From: Catajapyx aquilonaris
Lineage: Eukaryota
Assembly (NCBI GenBank): GCA_000934665.2
Contig: JYFJ02003319.1
Location: forward strand, 1-43,616
DNA: 43,616 nt
Direction of reading: 5' to 3'
Under the pieces are notes generated by a model. It was not told the origin of the DNA. It was given only the letters and a program-made list of their open reading frames with translations, and made no database searches. Positions 26,201 to 38,200 of the stretch are shown in pieces. A program made the translations under genes and the position numbers. Position 1 is the first letter of the stretch. Every line of letters begins with the position of its first letter.

Positions 26201-29200
26201 ATAGGGCGATTGCCAACCAACCTTGTTCACCGTCGGACACGTGATTGCAAAGCAGACTTTAAAAGCCTCCCTGGAGATCATTGTTCAGTGTGCATGTGAC
26301 GTAATTGAAGAATCTTTTGTTGTCAATACGGCCTACATATATGTGCCGTCAGGTTCAATCATGACAGATTGTCATGCATGCGGTCGTTGTTCATTCCAAG
26401 ACAACGGGCTGTTTTATTTCAAGGAACTTTACTTGCATCATGTTCACTGCCTATTTGTAAGTGAAAAAAATGATTTTTTAAATGACAAATTCTCGACATT
26501 GTATGTTACACCAATGTTCATTACCGCATTGGAAATTGCTAGATTATTGGGCATAACTGCTGATAGTTGGAGATGATGAATCATATGGCACATTTCTTCT
26601 GGCACCATTTGGAAAAGAAAGGGTAACGGGGTTATGAGTGACACAGTTTGCCTGTCCACTAGCTCATAGAAAACAATAGGGATCTGGAGGTCACAGCATC
26701 CAGAAGCTTTCCAGAAGCACAGAATTATCTCCACACCCTCACTACATTCGTCATTGAGGCCTCAATGTGTTTGTACAAAGGACATTTCAAAGTACGATTC
26801 TCCTCGCTTATGTGGCCGAGGTTGGGGATACATTGACCTCCAGTCGGTCGCTAGTAACCCCAAAGAGCCTATTCAAGTGTCCAGTCTGCCCCATAAAATG
26901 CTAAAACTCGCCATCGGAAGCCAAGGCTACTCTACTGTGCATGACTGTAATAATAGCTATCAACCAACAGTAAACAAGTTTGGGGAAGTGCTATTTATTA
27001 GTAAAATAGCTACAGACCTTGATACGCAGTCTAAAATTATAGAGTCCAAAATAATTTATCTGACTACTATGTTTATTAATCTTTGTCCATCTAAGGTACG
27101 CGTGACATTGGCATTTTTTCTCCGTGTCTATCTTAGCACCTGAGTTGAAACAAAGAGAGCAAGGTCCTTCACGCTTCGAGAGCAAGAGTAATTCCGCAGA
27201 CGCATCGTCTGTGACCTGCACAAAAAATACATGGCAAAAAAACAACCGTTTTGCGAGACGTGTGTTACTGTGCCTTACGGTAAACCAAAAAGCCTTGCAA
27301 AAAAAAAAATGTGGGTCGATTTTATCTTCATTTTTTTTTTTTTGAAAACTCTCCACTGCACTTCTTCCCACATGAAATCTGGAACTTCTCTTCGGTAACA
27401 TACTGTTTAGTAAGTGGGAAACCACTTTTTGAAAGCATTATGTAAGGGTTTTAGTAACGTGGTTTAGTAAGGCAATCAAGCGTCCAGACCAATGTTGTTC
27501 CCTGCTAACATGCGTGTTATTGCGATTATTAGTTATGTAGTATTTACATTGTTGGTTTATCGGTTACTAAAGCTGTCACACTATTTTATATTGCGCATAT
27601 ATTTTTTTTTGGCGAACTTGCCCAATGTCAGCGAAAAATCGTTCTACAGGAAGATTCATTTGTGAGCTATTTACATGTATGCAAAGAGCCTTGCTTGTGC
27701 ATATAATTAGGCAATATAATTACGAAACCGTGCAATTACTGTACACTACTAACAGTTAATTCAGTTACGTAACTTTTCCACCTAACACTAATTGCTTCCT
27801 TCTGCCCTTACGCACAATCTGTACGTGTATATTTCAGAACACAATAGTTACCGGCAGTTCACGATTAATGATTCCCTTGGCCTATGATGTCCTGACCTTC
27901 GACAGAAAGACAATGGAATCTTGCGAGGAAGCGAACGTGATTAGAACAGACAACAATCCCTGGCTAGAAACAAAAAATATGCGGATGGAAGCGAAATTGG
28001 TAAACATCTTGAGTTGTGTGCAGATAACAAGGCAAACTACTCCACCCCACTCTCTCAAAAATCTTCTTCCTTTTTTTGACCCTCGAGCAAAAATCAGTGG
28101 CTTTTTTTTTTACGTTTCAATAATTTCTCGGTACAGGCATGAGAACTACGGGGTTTTTTTTTGCGGCGCAATGTATGAGAATTTTTGCAGTAGACATGTC
28201 AGAGAAAATGCCGGTCAAAAGTGGGTCCTGGCACGATAGGAGCTGTCTTGAGTGGTCAGAGGTCATCTGGCATGGAGGACAAATCGTGCTGATGCAATCT
28301 CCTTAAAGGGAGTAACTCAAAAACAGATATTTCGGCTGGTATGTGTCGTACAACAGAGAGATGGGTGCAGTTTTATTTGTGTAACAGGGTTTTTCACTTG
28401 CACTTGACCTCAATGTTACATTATAATGCACTCTATGTGAACAGTCACCCAAACTACGTGATAGATGATTTAAAATGTATTTTTAAACGGCGGTTTTATG
28501 CTGAGTAAACGTTCACTTATTAGTTTGTTTTCTGCTCATTAATTAGGCATAGGCTTATTAATACAAGAATGACAATACTTGACATTTTAGTAGCCTATAT
28601 ATGACAGGGAATTATCGAACCGTTTCTTTCCGCTATAAAAGCAATTATTTCTAGCGATAGGCACAATTCGTAAGCAAAACTTACTAAACACACCTGCAAG
28701 GTCATTTTTCTGGCGGCAATGACAGTCCGTGCAGGAATTCAAGTACTTTATACTGAAGGTAATGGGAGGTTCTTGCTGCGTGGGCCTTTCCTGTTCACAT
28801 ATAATATTTTTCATTATTGCTGCCAGGTAGTACAACACTTCCGATTCCTATCACAAAGAAAATAAATAATCAGTAGCATGTGAGAAATCAAAGCTAAGCA
28901 AAAATATGGTCGAGTCATTTTTAAACTTATTATACTCGTCTGGATTTATGAATACAGGCCTCATTGTACTATCAAAATTTAATTTAAAAACTGCGATTCC
29001 GTATAATATACTTCATGGAGGCTTCCATGCTAGTATTACACCGCATTAACGATTACAGATGAAAAATAGACAACTGGGACTCATGCAACTCCTGTTCTCT
29101 ATTCCACAAAATTTTTCACGGTCACCATAAAAACCAAGACATAACTTATCCTTGTATTTTGAACCCGTCCTTCCAACTATACTGTACATATGTACGTGTT

Positions 29201-32200
29201 TTATTTTTCCGGTAAATAAATTATCTGTAGTTATCAATAGCTATAATGATATAATGCCCCTGTCGCTTATCCTTTTAACATGAAACGACGTTACCAATTC
29301 CACTGCTGGTACGTAAAAAGAGTAGGCTACAGTGCATATACACGGAATTCGACAATGGTGATGACGTACACCCAGCAGTACACATGCATGGGACCGGATT
29401 CGTCCTATCTGTAGACATTTTCCTTCTAATACTACAATGGTATATCAAGTGTACAAATTTTTTCATCTGTTGAAGGCACACAGTAATTGCGGCCATGTCT
29501 ATTGATGCGGCGTCTGTGTGACCGTCCGTGCACACCCATTGCATGTGACGAAAATGGTCGCCACCGCCCTTCCTCCTTCCCGTTTGTCCTCTTCCTTTCT
29601 AGACCATTGAGGCTCACACACGTGAATGATCGCTATCTCCGCTCCTACCTCGGTATACCTATTCATCTCGGCGATGTAACGTCATTCTGGATTCTCCCAT
29701 GTGATTGTTGATGATATTGGGGTTGGCAATGCTGCGTCCCGTGGAAACCTACCAATATGGCGACTTTGTAGAAAGAGTACAATTACAATAGAAATAGAGA
29801 GTCCGACGAGCATCTCTAGTGTCAACGCACCTGTACCCGTAGTAAATGGCACTGCATACACATGGCGCCATAATACAGGATAGTCCAATTGAAACTTGCA
29901 ATGCAGAACGATAAGTCACAGTGGCATTATGTTGAGATGATTCAAAATTCAAAATTATGGTGTCACCATTTTAAAAACATATCCCTATATACAGGGTTCG
30001 GAAATTTAATCTACCTTCGCTTTGGGGGATGGTATAAGCGTTCTAGGTGATCATTTTAAGTATGGGTATCGTGGGTCTCCGAAGCACAGTTACCGAGATA
30101 ATTAGCATTAAATAAAAAGGGCACTATACCAGCTTCTATGTTTCGGATACAGTCTACGACACTTCCATCGACTAGGCCACAGTCTGCTACGCCTAATGGG
30201 ATTGCGTTTTAAATTTAAATTGCATGATAACACCTTAAATTTAAATGAAAAATGTAGGGTCGCATGGAGGGACGCATACCTGCCAGGATATTTTATACTT
30301 TGTGTTTGAAGCACATTATCTAGGTAACTATGCTTTGGAGACGCACGATACCTATTGATCGCCTAGAACCCTTCTACCATCCCCCAAAGCGAAGGTAGAT
30401 TAAATTTCCGAACCTGTATATGGGACTTTAATTTCTTTATCAAAAAACTTACCAAGCAGAATGTACTCGTCAAGGTCTACATTACACAATACATAACGAT
30501 ATTTCGACCCAAATGTGAGTGATCGTCTTGAATTTGAGGTCACTATTTTAATTTACATTCAGATCTCACTGTGTGTGCGCAGGTCTTACGCCGTTGTTTA
30601 TGTTACCACCCCGACAAAGTAAGCATGCCGTGCAGCCGACCTTGAGTATGGTTGTCCGAAATGTCAGAACCGCAACTGGTCCGTGAAAAAGAGCTGAGCC
30701 CGTGAGATTGACAAGGGTGTGCAAAAAGGAGAAAGTCCGCATGTGGCAACAATCAAAAAGGGGGTGGGGGATTCCTGAGAGAGCTGCTGGAAGAACTGGT
30801 CTGGGCAGATTTTTGAGGAAGGTTAGTAGTCACTTGGCAAAGCAAGCACCTGCTTACTTACACCTGCTCGATGTGGTGCCTTATGCTGGACTTATTTGTT
30901 GTACGGTACCGTATTGCACCATGCAATTACCCTACAGACCCACTACTGCCAAGGGAGGAGAGTAGAATTAGGAGGGGGGGGGGGAAGACGGAAGACACTT
31001 CTACATCAGCGTGGGAATATTTCCTTTCTGGACACTACTTTCATTTCCTCGCCTAAAACTCTTTTGTAGGCTACAGGTGGATTGGTGATATTTTTGCATT
31101 ATACAGCGATTTAAATGGACCGTTTAAAACTTGTAATACATTATTCGGTACATCGTACGTATTTTCGGGTAAATGCAATACAGTTTATTTTAAGCCAGAA
31201 TAGGAAATAGAGTACCGGTTTTGGGGATGTCAATAAGTTCGAATATACATAGTGCCGTCCCAGGATAAACCAAGTATGGCACCACTTGGTTCATCTCTTA
31301 CAACTTCTGAAACTCGGATTAATATTATTGCGCCCTTGAATTTGTTCATTAGCTCCAGGTTACATTGATTTCCTTTTACGAAACTAACTACAAAATAATA
31401 TGCCACTATTTTGTCGTAGCTGCCAATTTTTAAATTTTTATTTTGAAGGTGGTTCAATATTGTGTTCTAGAGTCGATTTTTTTCCAGTTGCATATTTTCT
31501 TATAAGGGATTTTCAAACTTGGGGACATTTATTTATCCATATCGACTTTTATTGGCTCGATGGTTGCCATTTGCAATTTTAAAATCGTCCTCGAACTTAT
31601 ACTTGAAATAGTAGGCTATTAATATTTTTAACTCTCTTTGTCTGTATATTATGGGAGGTCAGTTACGAGCATCTTACTTCTACTTTTCCTCTATATCTGG
31701 CTTTATCTTCTTAGGATGGCATTGTAAAAAGTCACAATGTCTTACGCGTTTCCTCTCTTCCGCCCACAAGCCGACTTATTGTAGTGTAAAGTGATATTAC
31801 AGCATCCTCCTATTCTTCTCGTGTGGACAAATGTCATTTATTTCCCCAGCCTACGTCACGACAATCCTTAAAAAATAGAACTCTGGTTTCTCTATCATTA
31901 TAATGTCTTCTGGATAACCCAGAAGGTCAAAGAACCTGTTCCCTTTATCTACTTTTTTTGAAACTTGACAAACCTTGTACTTACAGCACGGTCGCCATGT
32001 GAATTCATGACAACCTCTTCTTGGGTGACCTTTACAGTCATTGTAAATAATTGCCCATCGGTAAAAGGACTAATAATTATGTCCGTTCCCTCAACCGTGA
32101 ACAGCGTAGTTTGGATCATGTTGTTTGACAGCTGTCCATAGTATACTTTAAATATATTCAGTATGACAAAGTGGGCGATAGTGTAAAATGACACAATTTT

Positions 32201-35200
32201 TCACGACCTGGATTCGTCCTAATAAACCATTCAAATGATATCCGCTGAATGACATGGTGTTGGGAGGTTATCTCTAACCACCCGCTACTGCGATGATTTG
32301 CAAGTGTTCATACCAGTGTGAATAACTGCAGCTATAGGCGTCAATTAGCGATGGGAATTGAGGTTTGGGATGATTATCAAGTGGTAGGAAATTGAAACAT
32401 ATGTTGACTGCTGGGAAAGGATGAAGGAACAGGTCAAGCAAGAAAGCCCTTCGCGTGTGACTCACCCAAGGAATTATTCCTCATTATAAGCGATCCCCAT
32501 GGACGGAACGGACTAGTAATTTTAATTCCGGTTTTTCGCAGGGTTTTTTTTTTTTTTAAATGTAGCTGTATTATTAATCAATTACTCCTCTTTGTTTATT
32601 GTATACAAATAGTTGCTAACTGAATTACATCACAACGCTGAGAACGTTTACTGTAATGAGTGTTATGAATTGATTACACAGCGATATTCACACATGAGTC
32701 CGCGAAATGTTTGGTGATTTATTATTACTCAATATCTTTCAATCTACTTATATATTGTTAGGAGTGGGGATATCTTAAGTTGCTGTGAATCCTGCCTCCC
32801 GCATTTAGCCTAACATAAACATATTTTTGGGGATTAAAATGCCTCTTGTAAGACTAGCAAAGTGGTTGGAATCCTATCCTAATATTTTTGCTCATGACTG
32901 TGCACGTGTAACTCAGAATGAGAGCCCTCAGAGTGAGGGCAGATGTCATGCCTCATAACTTCTAGAAGTACTGATAACGGTGTTATAAATATAATTTATT
33001 ATATACAGCTATTTACTAAATTCGCCGCTTAATGCATTAATTTTGAGTTTCGAGCGTAACGCCACACAATCTGTCACGCAAACATCAACTTACCCCATCC
33101 TCCACCAGCATGGTCTAATTTATGGACAGTCCCTAGGTGCCAAAATGTGTCAAAGGGTATTGCAAGGTTCGAGATGAAAAGATGGGTTTCCCTGACAAAT
33201 TGGTTGAAAGCCGCTAAATATATTGTAGGACAGTGACAAATATATTGTGACCTAAAATTGTGCAGGTTGCATTTACTTCGGCGTTATGTAGGTTAAGACC
33301 GTATTGAAGCAGGATTTCTTCACTATCTAGATACGATTTCAGTCACGTGTTGTCCTCTGGCGAAACAAAACAAGATATCATGCTATGAGAAAAGCAGTGA
33401 CACCCCATTCCCCCTCAACGGAAATCAAGTTCCTTCTTATCAAAACCTTCACTGCTTCAGGTAATCCGCAATAAAACTAATTTGCATATGCACACCCGCC
33501 TGCATGCTACAGAAATTAACTCTAATATCACAATGCAGAAATCTTAGTTGGAAAAAAAATAATCTGGTGTCACGCTAGTGTTTCAGTGTGTATTATTTTT
33601 ATCAGGATACTATTGCTCCACACTCTAACGTATCTAGTCTACCTTGCAGACTACATAAATAAATATGCGAGTTACGCGGAAATCAAGGCTCTGATCCAGA
33701 AAAGAAAATCATGACCTCAAAATTGCTGGAAAACGCCTTGAATCCGCATTTGTATGGGAAGTATCAGAATCATGAGTCACGCCATCTTGGCAGATATTAT
33801 GATGATCCTCTTCAGCAGTGGATCAAGTCCCCCTCCAGGCTGAGACCTGGCCAAACCGTCCCCACGCACTCGGTTTTTGATAAGGACCTTGCTTCACTTA
33901 TATAGGGGTGAACGATTCTCGCAGAATGCCAAGGTGGGCCTGTGGCCCGCGGGCCGAAAACACACGCCCTTACCTTGTAGTTCCTGTTCGTGGCCTTCCT
34001 TCACCACTCATTTTTTTTAACGCCATGGGTTCTTCTTAAGGTGACCGCCAAAAAAAACCGGTCTAGAAAGGGTCGAATGTGGTCCGAATCTGAGGGTTGC
34101 AAGGTTGCAATTACCATTTGATCGGTTTTTGAACTCTACTTTTTCGTTGCAGTTTTGCTGATCCTGACTGGGGTGATCCTCCTGGTTGGGGGAGTTCTGG
34201 TGGTTTTATTCTTCCAAGGTTTAGTAGACTCCATGATATATGCTGTAAGTTATTTATTCATTATGCGTCAAATTTGCCAAAAAAAATTGTCATCATGGGG
34301 TTACTGACTTGTGTGCTTTCCTTTTCTGTTTCATTTCAGAGACTTCCATTGTCAGACGGCTCGGATGTGTACAAGTTATGGAAAGATCCTCCTATTAATC
34401 CGTTACTAAAGGTGTATTTCTTTAACGTTACAAACTACAAAGAGTTCCTAGAGCTGGGTGAAAAGGCCAAACTTAAGGAAACCGGACCTTATGTGTACAG
34501 GTAATTGCATTTGCGTAGATTCACAATTCAAAACATTCGCACTAATATGACAGACTGTTGCTTAAGGTTTCAATTTATATCAGTCATAAATAATAGCAAC
34601 ACATTTGATGCGGTAACATCAGATGTGTTGCGAGCTTTTTAAATTATCATGTTAACATTTTGCGATTAAACTTACGCGATCGCAAACTGTTTAAATGTAT
34701 ACGCACTATGTCGTATATTGTACAGAAAATCACTACCGAAGCAATCTAGTGGCATTGTGGGTCTAGAAGATTTGAATTTAATGATACGCAGATTTATAAT
34801 GTATTACTGCCCAATAATTTTTCAGAGAAACATGGAAAAAAGTGAATGTATCGTTCAATGAAAACGGGACAGTGACATTCAGGAGCATGAGGACGTTCCA
34901 TTTCGATCGTTCACTGTCCGTAAGCGATGAGAACGATATCATTGTTGTGCCAAATGTTCCCATGATGGTAAGATCATTTATCACTAACGTGTCACTGTTT
35001 ACATGACAAAAATTACTCGAGACTGACGACATTTGTGTGTGTTTTAATCCACTAAATCTTGTGTGTTCTCTGTGTGACTAACCCTGTTTGTGAAGCAAAC
35101 GATGATTATGTGTTTGTGTTTTTTTTAACCTTTCATTGCAGAGATTCGTTTACTGGATGCAGTATTCCAGGAAGCTCGTCATTCACAATATTATGCATCT

Positions 35201-38200
35201 TTTGGAGACAATGAACGTACATCCACTTTTAGTACAAAAACTCAGGGGAATACTGTGGTTGCATGACCAGTTCAATGTATGAGCAATGCACACTTACACT
35301 TCTGTAAAACACTTCTCATCTCTTGGTGTTGACCCGATTTTCTTCTATCTACGCATGTTAAATAAAAGAAAGTTTGTAAGTGCGCACGTGATTTCAAAAT
35401 AATAATGTCTGTACTAACTCGTAATCTCGACTATGACTTGTATGCGACTCTTGACATTTTCCATCCATTCGCGAGACCTCACAACGCACTTGCAACACTG
35501 ACTTGATATGACGTGAATATGTTTTAGGGGACATTCTTTGATAGAACAGTTTTACTGATTTTTGCGTTCCAAATACGACATGGTAACTGCTTACAAGTGA
35601 ACTTCCACATCCCAGAGCCTTATGGCACAATTCACTCTTGGTAAGAATACCATGCTGTACTTGGACTGTAGCAATCACCGAAACTTCTCTTGTAGTACTT
35701 TTGGGACTGACAGATTATTGTACATTGGTAGTGCCATTGTTATGTGCTTTATTACCAAGCTTTGCAAGAACTCATGTCTAATTTATTCGTGTGAATATTT
35801 CAGACAGCAGTATTTCAAATGCAACATTCCAGTAGGCTTATTAGGAGAGCCATCTCCACATTTTTGGACATCATCAAAATGCAGCCTTTTGTGAATAAAA
35901 CAGTGAAGGAATTGGCTTGGGGTTATGAGGATCCACTCATAAAGTTAGCCAAGCAAGTCATGCCGGGAAATAAAAAGTTTCCGTTTGATAAATTTGGATT
36001 CTTTGTTGGGGTGAGTTATTGTATGAAGTATACTACAAAATAATGTAATCTACACTCATAGATGATCGATTATTATTCATTATATTCACTGGAATAATAT
36101 TGCTTTTTTTACCATAGAAAAACCACACTCCGAGTGTTCCCATGACAGCATGGACTGGGAAGGATGATCTGACAAAATTTTTGAAGATTGACAACTACGA
36201 TGGCAATAGCAAAATCTCCTACTGGAAGACTGACTACTGCAACATGATCAACGGCAGTGACGGAACTGGTTTCCCGCCAAAAATGAACAACAAAACAGTT
36301 CTACATATCTTCCAAGGGTTAGTTTTCCATATAAGATACAAAAATATACTCAAGCTGCTTTAAGAAGGTTTTTCACTGTGTTAAGAAAATCTGGGTGATA
36401 GAAAACAATTTACATTCAATAACTTTGTATTTCTTTCTATGCAGGGAATTCTGCCGCTCGCTACCTCTCGTGTTTGACAAAGAAGTTGAAGTTAGCGGAA
36501 TTCCTGCATATCGGTTCATGCCTCCAGAGAACTTGTTTGACAATCCAGAAGAAAACCCAGAAAATGAGTGTTTCTGCATTGGAGGACCTCCGTGTGCTCG
36601 ATCTGGTCTCTTCAACATCAGCGTGTGTACCTTCGGTAAGTCCATGTTACCTGTAGCACTCTCGAAAAAATAGAACGTCAGCATTTTACTGTAGTAGGAC
36701 ATAGTTCACGTAATTTTCCGATGAAATGTTATTTATAACACCATATTATTGAATAATATTTTATAGACCCAACAACCATTATACTAGTAGTAGCCTATAT
36801 CGTGACTTTACCTGACGATTTGGCGGCATGTAGAGATACTTCCAGCCCACACGATCTCTCTTCACATTTTCTACAATACACTGCTCATGTCACTTTCATC
36901 CCACAGGTGCACCAGTATTGCTGTCCTGGCCTCACTTTTACAACGGTGACCCAAGCTTGTTGACTCAAGTCGAAGGTGTGAAACCAGACCGAGAGAAGCA
37001 TAAGTTTTACATGGATGTCCAACCGGTAAAATTTCTGTCCCAAAGGGTAATAAACTTAAACGCTCTTTTGCTCATTAAAATGCCTTCTTTTCAGAAAATG
37101 GGTCTTCCTCTGGGTGCCAAAGCCAGGGTGCAGCTCAACGTGGCCATGGTCAAAGTCGAGGATGTGGCTCAAGTGTCCAACTTCCAGAATGTCATATTCC
37201 CCATCCTATGGTTTGAAGACGTGAGTATATTGTACAAGTACTTTACTATTTCTCTTAATAATGCAAGGTGTTTTATATCCCTTAAACAATCTTCTATGGT
37301 AAATTCCTGGGCACTACAGGATCACTCTATGTAGAAGTGTCATTTGGTCTCTTAACATCGTTCCTAGATCAGCCCAGGGCCCCACTGCAAATTACACGCC
37401 CAGCCCCCCCCCCCCCCCCNCCCCCCCCCCCCAATCCAACTCCATTATATTGATAAGGAATCATAATATTGTATGACGAATCATTCTGCGCACAGGGTGT
37501 CATAATTCCAAACAAGACCCACGAAATGCATCTTTGGCAAACTCTTAATTCTGAAAGGTCATTCGAATGATTATTTCCATGTCCAATTTCATGACCCGCG
37601 CATTTTCAATGCTAATTCTGTAGTAGCAAAACAAAACGGACTGTCTTGGCCCATGCTGCTCATTAAGTAGGCCTACACAGTATTTTTTATGAGTTTCACT
37701 TTGGAAAATGATCGTTCTGAATTTGCAACTGTGAATAGGTATAGAGTCAAAAACATGTGGGCTTCCATACAGCAGTCTCGTTACTGAGATAATTATCATT
37801 ATACTCATCCTATAATATTACGACAGCTTACGTCACGCCATGATATCACGATTTGAAATAAAACCCCATGGCACGTATTTTTAAAAGACAAGGACATGCA
37901 AATGGACGTATACCTCACAGGATATTCGATACCCTGTGTTTGCAGCCCATTATTTCAGTAACGAGGCTGCGGAGACCAAATTACACCTTTGCATCTGTGT
38001 CTCCCTAAGAGTTTGCCATATAATGAGTTAGCCAGAAATGTTATAAAACACCATGTAGAGTGTCACAAGGATAGGAGGAAGGAATGTGAGGCTGATGATG
38101 ATGATTGCGATTAAGATTTGAGGGACTAAAGATGACTAATAGTGTGCAGAGAATTCTTGAAGAATGATAAGTACAGTTCAAATAACTTGCATATTGTGAC

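Noticed and set aside
22679..32264. Shared 16-mer ctgaatgacatggtgt at ~22679 and ~32249
   Set aside because: One 16-mer match is within chance expectation for a 43-kb AT-rich window.
33926..34040. ATG after TATATAGG just upstream of exon 2
   Set aside because: The available donor is phase 2, the frame ends in a stop, and the region overlaps a hAT-like TGGCCCGCGGGCCG motif.
37404..37432. Poly-C run containing an N
   Set aside because: Homopolymer with an assembly ambiguity; its length is unreliable.
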